Virus record (IMG/VR): IMGVR_UViG_3300032238_000599
Coordinates: 80,987 to 144,986 of that record
DNA: 64,000 nucleotides
Source of the DNA: a virus
Direction: 5' to 3' (one strand)
The translations under genes and the position numbers were made by a program. Below the pieces are notes generated by a model. It worked only from the letters and a program-made list of their open reading frames with translations, ran no database searches and was not told the DNA's origin. This document shows, piece by piece, positions 39,183 through 47,544 of this stretch (positions within the stretch are counted from its first letter, which is position 1; the number at the start of each line of letters is the position of its first letter).

Positions 39183-40376
39183 ATGACCACTATTGATAAA
39201 ATACTAAAAGAAATTTCCGCTATTGGATTTGATAAGTTGCAACCTAGCTTGCCTAAGCGAGATGTGAAAATTCTTAAAAATTTGGTGGTTTTAATCACTA
39301 GGCCTGAATACATTTCAGAAAATCAAGGAAAATTATTAATAAAAATTTTCAATGAAAACATTAGCTCCCTTAGTTTTCTAAATTTAGACTTAGCTGAAAT
39401 TTTAAAATCGCCATCGTGGTCGAGGCCCTTTCGAAAAATTATACAAACTCGAAAAATTGGAATTTTTCAGGCAGACACCGGTGAAAAATCAATTCAACTT
39501 GAATTCACGTTCACTAGTACGTTAAAGAAAATTTTACAAAACCTCACAAAATCTATTCAAGACGGAACTTCTAGTGTTACTATTGTTAGCGGAAGAATTT
39601 ATCGAATTCCACTCACAGAAAAAAATCTAGTGCTAGTAGTAGATGCATTTAAAAACCATAATTTTGAGGTTTCCACGGAAATTTTAAGTTTTTACGAAAC
39701 CATAAAATCTTGGGATGGTAAAGAATTTAAGAAAAATTTTGAAATTTTTTCTGAAAGCAATTCATCTCTAAGAGAAACTATTAAAAAAATGTTAAATCTT
39801 GAAACTGAGCCATCGGAGTTGATTCTTAGTGATCGAAAAATTCAGTTTCAGTACCAATTTTTACCAAAAAAAACTGAAGATACATTAACGTCGATTATAG
39901 CAAATAGAACTTCCAGCAAAGTTTATGTTAACAGTACAACATATTCAATGATAGACTTGGTAGCATCATTAAAAGAGCTACATCGGTTGCCATTGCTAGT
40001 TGTTTTTAATGGTTATAGTGAAACAGAAAGCCTAAAAAATCTGGAAATTTTGAGTCAAGCATTAGAAAATTCTAAAATTGATGATCGTGTAGGAATTTAT
40101 TTCCGCTTTGAAAATACTAACAGCGGAAAAGTTTTTAATCAAACTATTGCAGAGAAAAAATATAATTCTTTCCTTGACACTGACATTAATTGCGCTGGAA
40201 TTATTGGTGGAAAAATACCAAAATTTTTCCTTTCTTCCGCATGGCGCCCACAAGCTGTTATTAGTTTTACTAATAATTTAAAACACAATAAAGCCTCTGT
40301 CTATTGCAATAGTTGTGATTTAATTGTATACTATAACGAAAAGAAACCTCTAATAATAAACAATAATGACTTGTAA
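39183..40376 (+). CDS. Hypothetical protein upstream of uvsW
   Basis: 397-aa, very AT-rich ORF with its own promoter; overlaps the uvsW start. Confidence 0.6.
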   Translation: MTTIDKILKEISAIGFDKLQPSLPKRDVKILKNLVVLITRPEYISENQGKLLIKIFNENISSLSFLNLDLAEILKSPSWSRPFRKIIQTRKIGIFQADTGEKSIQLEFTFTSTLKKILQNLTKSIQDGTSSVTIVSGRIYRIPLTEKNLVLVVDAFKNHNFEVSTEILSFYETIKSWDGKEFKKNFEIFSESNSSLRETIKKMLNLETEPSELILSDRKIQFQYQFLPKKTEDTLTSIIANRTSSKVYVNSTTYSMIDLVASLKELHRLPLLVVFNGYSETESLKNLEILSQALENSKIDDRVGIYFRFENTNSGKVFNQTIAEKKYNSFLDTDINCAGIIGGKIPKFFLSSAWRPQAVISFTNNLKHNKASVYCNSCDLIVYYNEKKPLIINNNDL

Positions 40377-41820
40377 ATTAATCATTCGAGATGAAGTTAA
40401 TATTAAGCTAGAAGGCCTAGAAGTTGAGGTAAGACGTAAACTTGTAAATGCCTTCAAGTATGAAATACCTTACGCTCGTTATCAGCCTGCATATAAATTA
40501 GGTAGATGGGATGGCACAGTTAGTTTATTTGGATTAGGCGGTAACGGTTATCTATATCAACTAGAAAAAGTTCTTGAAATTTTAACAAATCAAGGCGTTG
40601 AAATCGACGAAATAGAAGATCTAAGAAATTCTGTTAAATTAAATTTTACTGAAATCGCACAAGATTTTTGGGGCGACATGTGTTGGCCAACTGGACATAG
40701 ATTTGCTGGGGAACCTATACGTCTTAGAGATGATCAAGTTGACGTTGTTAATAATTTTTTAAAAAATCCACAAAGTTTACAAGAGGTAGCAACAGGTGCA
40801 GGTAAGACCATTATGACTGCAACCATGGCTAAAATATGTGAGCCATATGGCCGAACTATCGTCATAGTACCTAATAAAGATCTTGTTACCCAGACAGAAG
40901 AAGATTTTCGAAATGTCAAACTAGATGTCGGTGTTTATTTCGGTGATAGGAAAGAACTTGGCAAAACACACACTATTTGTACTTGGCAAAGTCTAAACAT
41001 TTTAGATAAAAAATCTCATGATAATGCAACACTAACACTGGCTGAATTTCTTGACGGTGTTCAAACAGTAATTGTTGACGAAGTACACATGGCTAAAGCA
41101 GATGTGTTAAAAAAATTATTAACGCAAAACTTAGCCAATGCTCCAATTCGTTGGGGACTAACAGGAACAGTACCAAAAGAGAAATATGAACACGAACAGA
41201 TATTTGCAAGTATTGGTCCAGTTGTAGGACGAGTGACAGCTAAGGAATTACAAGATAAAGGCGTATTATCTAATTGTCATGTTAACATTGTACAAATGGT
41301 TGACATTAGGGAATTTAGAAGTTATACTGATGAAGTTAAGTATCTTGTAACAGATGACGATAGAATGATTTACATCAGTAAGTTAATTAAATCTATTTCA
41401 GAATCTGGAAATACATTGGTACTTGTAAATCGTATAGACTCAGGTAGGTTCCTAGTCAACGAGATAGAAGATAGTGCTTTTATTTCCGGTGAGGTTAAAG
41501 GCTCTACTCGAAAAGAGGAATACAAGGGACATGCAACTGCTGATAACAAGATTACTGTGGCGACTTATGGTGTGGCCGCTGTGGGTATTAATATCCCTCG
41601 TATTTTTAATCTGGTTCTTTTGGAATCCGGAAAGAGCTTTACACGAGTTATACAAAGCATTGGGCGAGGTATTAGAAAAGCTGAAGACAAAGACTTCGTA
41701 CAAATCTGGGATTTAACGTCAACTTGCAAATATGCAAAACGACATCTCACAGAAAGGAAGAAATTTTATAAAGACGCCAAATATCCATTTACAATAGAAA
41801 AGGTAGACTGGCAAAAATAA
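40366..41820 (+). CDS. uvsW: SF2 DNA helicase UvsW
   Basis: WDG, LRDDQ, ATGAGKT, VDEVH, GLTGT, GINIP and QSIGRG motifs. Confidence 0.9.
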   Translation: MTCKLIIRDEVNIKLEGLEVEVRRKLVNAFKYEIPYARYQPAYKLGRWDGTVSLFGLGGNGYLYQLEKVLEILTNQGVEIDEIEDLRNSVKLNFTEIAQDFWGDMCWPTGHRFAGEPIRLRDDQVDVVNNFLKNPQSLQEVATGAGKTIMTATMAKICEPYGRTIVIVPNKDLVTQTEEDFRNVKLDVGVYFGDRKELGKTHTICTWQSLNILDKKSHDNATLTLAEFLDGVQTVIVDEVHMAKADVLKKLLTQNLANAPIRWGLTGTVPKEKYEHEQIFASIGPVVGRVTAKELQDKGVLSNCHVNIVQMVDIREFRSYTDEVKYLVTDDDRMIYISKLIKSISESGNTLVLVNRIDSGRFLVNEIEDSAFISGEVKGSTRKEEYKGHATADNKITVATYGVAAVGINIPRIFNLVLLESGKSFTRVIQSIGRGIRKAEDKDFVQIWDLTSTCKYAKRHLTERKKFYKDAKYPFTIEKVDWQK

Positions 41821-41824
41821 CAAC

Positions 41825-42331
41825 ATGCAAATATTAACATTAGAAAATAAAACATTTCAACTAAACAATTTACCCGATGAGGTAGATGAAAACACTAGGT
41901 TTGCTGTATTAGACAACAGCGCACCTGCAGAACCAGACTTCTTTTTTGTACCATTAATATTTTTAGAAAGTTTTAATGCGCCAGCAATGGTATTAAGAAT
42001 CGGTGAAAACGAAGTAACAATGCCCATAGATTGGAGCATTGCAGTTGGCGATAGTTCTAGTTCGTGCGATATTGAAATACTTCCGCTTACAAGTCTTAAT
42101 GATAGGGGATTTGAAGCATTAGTTTTTAATCCCCTAAGTTCATTTAGGGTAGAATTTAAAAAAATTGAAATTATAAATTTTTACAATGATGTTAAATGGT
42201 ATTTCCCTAAGATGCGTAACGGGCAATTATTAGCAGTTCCAACTCAGCAAGGACACAAACCAGAGTGTTCATACTTTGTTAAAGAGATTAGTAGACAAAG
42301 TGAAATTATTCAATTAGACAAATTATTATGA
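41825..42331 (+). CDS. Hypothetical protein
   Basis: 168-aa beta-rich ORF in the replication operon. Confidence 0.6.
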   Translation: MQILTLENKTFQLNNLPDEVDENTRFAVLDNSAPAEPDFFFVPLIFLESFNAPAMVLRIGENEVTMPIDWSIAVGDSSSSCDIEILPLTSLNDRGFEALVFNPLSSFRVEFKKIEIINFYNDVKWYFPKMRNGQLLAVPTQQGHKPECSYFVKEISRQSEIIQLDKLL

Positions 42332-42975
42332 CATTAAAAGTTGCATATTTCCAACCAGTAGTACTAGCAATAGACCAAGTTCCGCCAGTTGAATTTAGCC
42401 GTATGTACAGCCTAGTAGAAAGTCTACACAACCGTCCTGAACTTAATGATGCTGACAATCCTTTTATCAGTATCCGTGGCGGACAACAGATACAAGTATA
42501 TCCTAATGAATATAACTTAGATGTTAAATGGTTAGTTGATTGGGTTGAGTTAATGGCGCAAGGTTATATGGAATTAATCATTGCTCAAAGCGGAACTGAG
42601 GACTTAAAATACTGCAAACCTGTCTGTGTTAGTATTTGGACTATTCGTCAACAAGAAGGCGACTACCAGGAAATGCATAGTCACCCAACAGGCAATTTAA
42701 GTGGTAACATCTATATCACTGCTCCAGAACTTGATGATGATTTAAAACAACCAAGTGACAGTCAAATTCTTTTTAGACTTCCACATACACGAGATGTTGG
42801 CAAGTTTATTATGAATGACACTTGGAAATATAGTCCAGCACCCGGAACGTTTGTCCTATTCCCAAGTTATCTTCCACATACAGTTTACCCATGGAAGGGT
42901 CCTGGTTATAGAACAGTAATGGCGTTCGATATCAAGTTAATTCCCAAGGATGAACTAGCTAATGGGAACACTTAA
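42328..42975 (+). CDS. 2OG-Fe(II) oxygenase (HxH type)
   Basis: HSH, LSGNIY, LFPSYLPHTVYP and RTVMAF motifs. Confidence 0.8.
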   Translation: MTLKVAYFQPVVLAIDQVPPVEFSRMYSLVESLHNRPELNDADNPFISIRGGQQIQVYPNEYNLDVKWLVDWVELMAQGYMELIIAQSGTEDLKYCKPVCVSIWTIRQQEGDYQEMHSHPTGNLSGNIYITAPELDDDLKQPSDSQILFRLPHTRDVGKFIMNDTWKYSPAPGTFVLFPSYLPHTVYPWKGPGYRTVMAFDIKLIPKDELANGNT

Positions 42976-43231
42976 ACCCGGTGCCACTTACATATATGAA
43001 CGTTCTGGCGGAACAGTTTATGCCAGAGAATTTGGATCCACAGAACGAAAAGTAATCGGGTATGAATGGCCAAATAAAGCAGATCCCCTCCAATATGATT
43101 TAGTCGAAACACAACTTTGGCAAGATATTGTTCATGCAGGGAAAACCAATCCCACTTTACAAAAAGCCTTAGATCGTGCTAAAATGTTGTACAACATGAG
43201 TGAAGAATATGAGCGAAAAGATCGAACTTAA
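42962..43231 (+). CDS. Hypothetical protein
   Basis: 89-aa ORF overlapping both neighbours. Confidence 0.55.
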   Translation: MGTLKPGATYIYERSGGTVYAREFGSTERKVIGYEWPNKADPLQYDLVETQLWQDIVHAGKTNPTLQKALDRAKMLYNMSEEYERKDRT

Positions 43232-43685
43232 AGAAAAACTAGCCGCAGTAGACATGAACTTTCGTTCCCTATGGGATGAAATAGATGACGCCCAACGAAA
43301 AAGTTTGAAGAGCGAACTTTATATTTTAAATCGATATATCAGTAGTGCAAAAGGTCAGAACAGAGAAACACAAGAACATTTTGTGTTAACTGTCAACGAA
43401 TATTTTAATAAAAATTGGAACGACCTACAGAAACATCCTAAACTGTTATGGCTATTACTTTGTATGTGTTCTTGGGATGGTCAAAAAATTATGTTCCACG
43501 AATGGATAGGATTTAAGAAAAAGAAGGGCGACACTAAAATTCTTAAATTTTTACTTGAAATTTATCCTAATAGAAAACACGACGAACTTGAAATGTTAGC
43601 ACAAACCATGACGGGTAAAGAAGCAAGAGAGCTTGCTAGAACGCATGGGTACGATGACAAACAAGTTGAAAAGATGTTTAAATAA
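43200..43685 (+). CDS. Possible clamp-loader small subunit (T4 gp62-like)
   Basis: LNRYISS...VNE..N...H...W pattern and size resemble gp62 homologues; replication context. Confidence 0.45.
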   Translation: MKNMSEKIELKEKLAAVDMNFRSLWDEIDDAQRKSLKSELYILNRYISSAKGQNRETQEHFVLTVNEYFNKNWNDLQKHPKLLWLLLCMCSWDGQKIMFHEWIGFKKKKGDTKILKFLLEIYPNRKHDELEMLAQTMTGKEARELARTHGYDDKQVEKMFK

Positions 43686-43687
43686 TA

Positions 43688-44389
43688 GTGATGCTAAACT
43701 TGAAACCAGTAGATCAACCTTATGTATGTTCGCATTGTAATAGCGGATTTATGAAGGAAAAAACATTAACTGTTCATATGTGCGAACAGAAGCGTAGGTA
43801 TTTGGCTCGTTCAGAGAAACACGTTCAGATAGGTTATCAAGCATACATTAAATTTTATCAGCTTACACAAAGATTCCAAGGCGAAAAAACCTATGACGAA
43901 TTTTCACGTAGTCCGTATTACAACGCTTTCATAAAATTTGGAAGTTTTGTTAGCAATGTTAACCCGTTGTATCCTCAACATTATATCGACTGGGTAGTAA
44001 CTAGTAACGTGAAATTAGATCACTGGTGTCGTCAAGAACTCTACGACAAGTATGTGCTTGAGTTGATTAAAACAGAAAATGTAGAGACAGCATTACAACG
44101 AACGCTAGCTCATATGATGGATTGGGCAGAAGAAAAAAATGCAGTATGGAATCATTATTTTGATTACGTAAGCCTTAGTCGTGCTACATTTGATATTAGA
44201 GATGGTAAGATAAGTCCGTGGGTTATACTTAACTGCCAAGCAGGAAAAACAATGCTATCTAAAATGAATGACGAACAGCTAGAAGCTATAAGTGCCGTAA
44301 TTGATCCAGAGTATTGGATGAGGACATTCCGTAAGCAAAAACAAGATGTAGAACTTGTTCGACAAGTTCTTGAGGAAGCTAAATTATGA
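43688..44389 (+). CDS. Hypothetical protein with an N-terminal C2HC zinc finger
   Basis: YVCSHCNSGFMKEKTLTVHMC. Confidence 0.6.
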   Translation: MMLNLKPVDQPYVCSHCNSGFMKEKTLTVHMCEQKRRYLARSEKHVQIGYQAYIKFYQLTQRFQGEKTYDEFSRSPYYNAFIKFGSFVSNVNPLYPQHYIDWVVTSNVKLDHWCRQELYDKYVLELIKTENVETALQRTLAHMMDWAEEKNAVWNHYFDYVSLSRATFDIRDGKISPWVILNCQAGKTMLSKMNDEQLEAISAVIDPEYWMRTFRKQKQDVELVRQVLEEAKL

Positions 44390-44568
44390 TTACCCCAGGA
44401 AATACAGAAGCAGTACAGTTAGGCCTAGAAGTAATTTTAAGTGAAGACGATAAAACAGTCTATGTAAAATTTACAGGTTTTGAAAACATAGAAGAAGCAG
44501 ATAATTATGCTTCTTACTTAACTGATACATTACCATTATTACTTTTTGAATCTGAAATAAAACACTAA
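44386..44568 (+). CDS. Small acidic hypothetical protein
   Basis: 60 aa; ATGA and TAATG overlaps with both neighbours. Confidence 0.55.
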   Translation: MITPGNTEAVQLGLEVILSEDDKTVYVKFTGFENIEEADNYASYLTDTLPLLLFESEIKH

Positions 44569-45146
44569 TGCCAGATATTGACATTGACTTTGCAGATCGA
44601 TCTAAAGCTCTTGAACATTTCAAGCATGTTACTGCGACTATAGAAGACAACGGCACTTTTAAAAAACACAATTCAGGAATATATTGTACTTCTATTCCGT
44701 ACAATCCAATTACTGGTATGAGTACCATTGACTATAAGTCGGCAGAAGACCGAGGTTATTTTAAGATCGATTTTTTGAATGTTAATGTTTATAACGGTGT
44801 AAAAGACGAAGCACATTTAATTCAATTAATGGAGACTGAACCACTATGGGATCTATTAGAACAAGATGACTTTACAAATTTACTGTTCCACATAAATGGG
44901 CATGGCTACTTGATGAGGCAAATGAAACCTACGAGTATAGAAGAGTTAGCAATGTGTTTGTCTTTGATACGCCCTGCGAAAAAACATCTAGTTGGGAAGA
45001 CGTGGACGGAGATTGGGATGACGATTTGGGAGAAACCGGAGAACGGTGAATACTACTTTAAGAAGAGCCACGCAGTTGCGTATGCTATGGCTATTGTAGT
45101 ACAAATGAATTTAATTTGTGAACAGATAAGTTACGGATACAGTTAA
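44568..45146 (+). CDS. Minimal DnaE-like (family C DNA polymerase) catalytic core
   Basis: PDIDIDF, HNSG, GYFKIDFL, LIRPA and YYFKKSHAVAYA match DnaE motifs in order, within only 192 aa. Confidence 0.85.
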   Translation: MPDIDIDFADRSKALEHFKHVTATIEDNGTFKKHNSGIYCTSIPYNPITGMSTIDYKSAEDRGYFKIDFLNVNVYNGVKDEAHLIQLMETEPLWDLLEQDDFTNLLFHINGHGYLMRQMKPTSIEELAMCLSLIRPAKKHLVGKTWTEIGMTIWEKPENGEYYFKKSHAVAYAMAIVVQMNLICEQISYGYS

Positions 45147-45517
45147 CGAGTTTTTCTAACAAGCTGAACTGATTTTCTTTTAATTCTTTTTAAAGTTAGG
45201 TTCATTAAATTGACCACTGGTCCTAACACAATTCTTACATCCTTGCTGTTAAATGTTTTAATAGCATATCTATAAGGTTCAATTTGCGTCCTTAAAAATA
45301 TGTTGATAGGAACTTGTCTATTTGATTCCCACCACCAAGTTTCTCCTATTTCTAAAAATCCTGATTTTTCTTCAGGTGTTCGAATAGAATTAAGATCGTA
45401 AAAACTAGTTACGTACTGGTCTTGGTTAATAATAATCCCAACATACTCGTTTTCGCCGTAGTTTATCACACTTATAAACGGAAGTTGCTCTTCAATATTG
45501 TCTCGTAATTTTATCAT
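45143..45517 (-). CDS. Hypothetical protein
   Basis: 124-aa ORF (YVGIIIN, WWWESNR) convergent with the mini-DnaE. Confidence 0.6.
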   Translation of the reverse strand: MIKLRDNIEEQLPFISVINYGENEYVGIIINQDQYVTSFYDLNSIRTPEEKSGFLEIGETWWWESNRQVPINIFLRTQIEPYRYAIKTFNSKDVRIVLGPVVNLMNLTLKRIKRKSVQLVRKTR

Positions 45518-45539
45518 AAATATAGCTAAGGATTGCCAA

Positions 45540-46385
45540 ATGCAAAAAATTTCAAGTTATTTATTACACAATAGAATAGAGTTGGTTGCCGATTTGGCAG
45601 GATTTATCACGGAGTATAAACCAGTGTACAAAAGACATATCAGAGTCTATCGCGGAATAGACAATCTATTAGAATTCGACGTTAAAAACGCCGATCAAAA
45701 ACGCATTGACTTAGGAGAGTTTGACACTTTAGAAATGCATGTGATGGACAATACCGGACAAGCATTACCAAGTAGCCCGTATACTGTAGAACCCTTAGAT
45801 CAAGAAACATCTAAGGGACTAGCTACAGTAACTATCCCAGCAATTGATTTAGACGGTCTTATTGCACAGGGGCTAACTTATTCTGTTGTTGCAAATGGCA
45901 ATACTATTCTTTATGCTGATAGCAGATTTGGAGCGAGTGGAAATATCGATTTAATTACTACAGCTATCCCAGTAGCTAAGCCTGTACAAAAATATGATCA
46001 TTTCTTAGGACTAGGCGATTTTAACAATACAACTATAACATATACTAGCGATGCAGTTAGTTTAAGAACAAGAGATGCTGTTCCTCCAAATCATATTCAT
46101 GTGGAAATTTCAGTTACAAATCTTAAAGGTACCATATGGGTAGAAGCAACAAAACAAGAAGTTATTGGGCACGAATCGTTTACTCATAGTAATGGCACAA
46201 GAGTCTATGAACAAGTTTTAAACCCGGCAACTACTGACACTATTACAGTTCCGTTAATTGATTTATTAGAAACTGGTTATACTTATATACGTGTTAATTG
46301 GACTACAGACCCAACTATAACAACTGGTAAAATTGATTTTTTCACAGTAGAATTCCACGCTCATCCTCCAGAAGTACCATGTTAA
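45540..46385 (+). CDS. Probable structural (baseplate/Ig-like) protein
   Basis: TAAATA at 45517 and AAGGA RBS before ATG 45540; beta-rich; VYRGIDN..F.VKN.DQK motif. Confidence 0.5.
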   Translation: MQKISSYLLHNRIELVADLAGFITEYKPVYKRHIRVYRGIDNLLEFDVKNADQKRIDLGEFDTLEMHVMDNTGQALPSSPYTVEPLDQETSKGLATVTIPAIDLDGLIAQGLTYSVVANGNTILYADSRFGASGNIDLITTAIPVAKPVQKYDHFLGLGDFNNTTITYTSDAVSLRTRDAVPPNHIHVEISVTNLKGTIWVEATKQEVIGHESFTHSNGTRVYEQVLNPATTDTITVPLIDLLETGYTYIRVNWTTDPTITTGKIDFFTVEFHAHPPEVPC

Positions 46386-46399
46386 GTTAATCAAACTTC

Positions 46400-46428
46400 T
46401 TGACTGTTTTTAGTTAGTCTGTTATAAT
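46400..46428 (+). promoter_or_regulatory. sigma70 promoter, probably giving a leaderless primase mRNA
   Basis: TTGACT-N17-TATAAT; ATG 46434 follows after 5 nt. Confidence 0.8.
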
Positions 46429-46433
46429 ATAGT

Positions 46434-47447
46434 ATGAGTCTAATTGTAGAAACAGTTCAAAACTATCTTCCTGCTAGAAGAAAACATACCCCCAGTGGTT
46501 GGATAAGTTTTAATGCACCGTGTTGTAGCGACAAACGCCAGCGTGGTGGTCTCATCTTTAATACCGGCGACGCAGTAAGCTACCACTGTTTTAATTGTGG
46601 CTTCAAAGCTAGTTGGCAACCTGGAAGACAAATTAGCCAAAAGATGAGTAAGCTGTTGCGATTATTCAATGTACCCGACGATACAATTAATCAACTGAGA
46701 TTAGAAGCTCTAAGATTAAATGATACATCAAGTGTTGAAATCCGTAGTATAGTTCCTAAGTTTGATGCTCGTGCATTACCAATGGATGCTAAAAGTTTAG
46801 ACGAGTGGACTACTTGGATCAATTTGCAAGGTTGGGAAAATGCCGACCAAGAACTTATCAATGCTTTTTGTTATATACGAAATATTAGAGGATTAGATCC
46901 CTATGCCCATCCTTACTACTGGACTAGCAAAGTTGGATTTAAGAATAGAATTATAATTCCGTTTTACAAAGATGGTGTGATAGTTGGCTGGACTGCTAGG
47001 GCAACTAAACCAGATGTTAAGCCAAAGTTTTTAAGTGAACAACAACCGGGGTATGTGTTTAATTTAGATGCACAAGACAACAATAGACAATTCGTAATTG
47101 TTTGCGAAGGTCCGTTTGATGCACTAAGTATTGATGGATGTGCGCTACTAGGTGCAGAAATTAAAGACAGTCAAAACTGGTTGCTAAAACAGCTAGGCAA
47201 AGAAATTGTTCTAGTTCCAGACAGAGATCACGAAGGCCCTAGAACTGTAGAGCAGGCGATAGAATACGGGTGGACAGTTAGCATGCCTGACTGGCCTGAC
47301 AATGTCAAAGACGTTAATGATGCAATGCTAAAATTAGGAAGGCTAACAACCTTATACTTAATTTTACAAGCAAAGGAATCAAATAGTCTTAAGATACAGT
47401 TAAGAGCAAAAAAATGGTTTAAGGACGTAAATGAAAAAGCTAATTAA
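46434..47447 (+). CDS. DNA primase (T4 gp61-like; Zn finger plus TOPRIM)
   Basis: FNAPCC...YHCFNCG, RIIIPF, GWTAR, VCEGPFDA, PDRD and KDVND motifs. Confidence 0.9.
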   Translation: MSLIVETVQNYLPARRKHTPSGWISFNAPCCSDKRQRGGLIFNTGDAVSYHCFNCGFKASWQPGRQISQKMSKLLRLFNVPDDTINQLRLEALRLNDTSSVEIRSIVPKFDARALPMDAKSLDEWTTWINLQGWENADQELINAFCYIRNIRGLDPYAHPYYWTSKVGFKNRIIIPFYKDGVIVGWTARATKPDVKPKFLSEQQPGYVFNLDAQDNNRQFVIVCEGPFDALSIDGCALLGAEIKDSQNWLLKQLGKEIVLVPDRDHEGPRTVEQAIEYGWTVSMPDWPDNVKDVNDAMLKLGRLTTLYLILQAKESNSLKIQLRAKKWFKDVNEKAN

Positions 47448-47544
47448 TTTTATATTAACCCCGTGGCGCAAATGGAAACAGCATCAAGAGTACAAAAAAC
47501 GTCTTAAAGAAATTCAAGAACGAGATCCGTTTATATACAAATGA
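47431..47544 (+). CDS. 37-aa basic peptide ending in RDPFIYK (not in the ORF track)
   Basis: AAGGA RBS; MKKLINFILTPWRKWKQHQEYKKRLKEIQERDPFIYK; ATGA overlap with the carbamoyltransferase. Confidence 0.65.
   Translation: MKKLINFILTPWRKWKQHQEYKKRLKEIQERDPFIYK

Noticed and set aside
41825-42331. Possible stand-alone Hint/intein-like fold
   Set aside because: No N-terminal Cys/Ser, TxxH or terminal HN motif; cannot be supported without a structure search.
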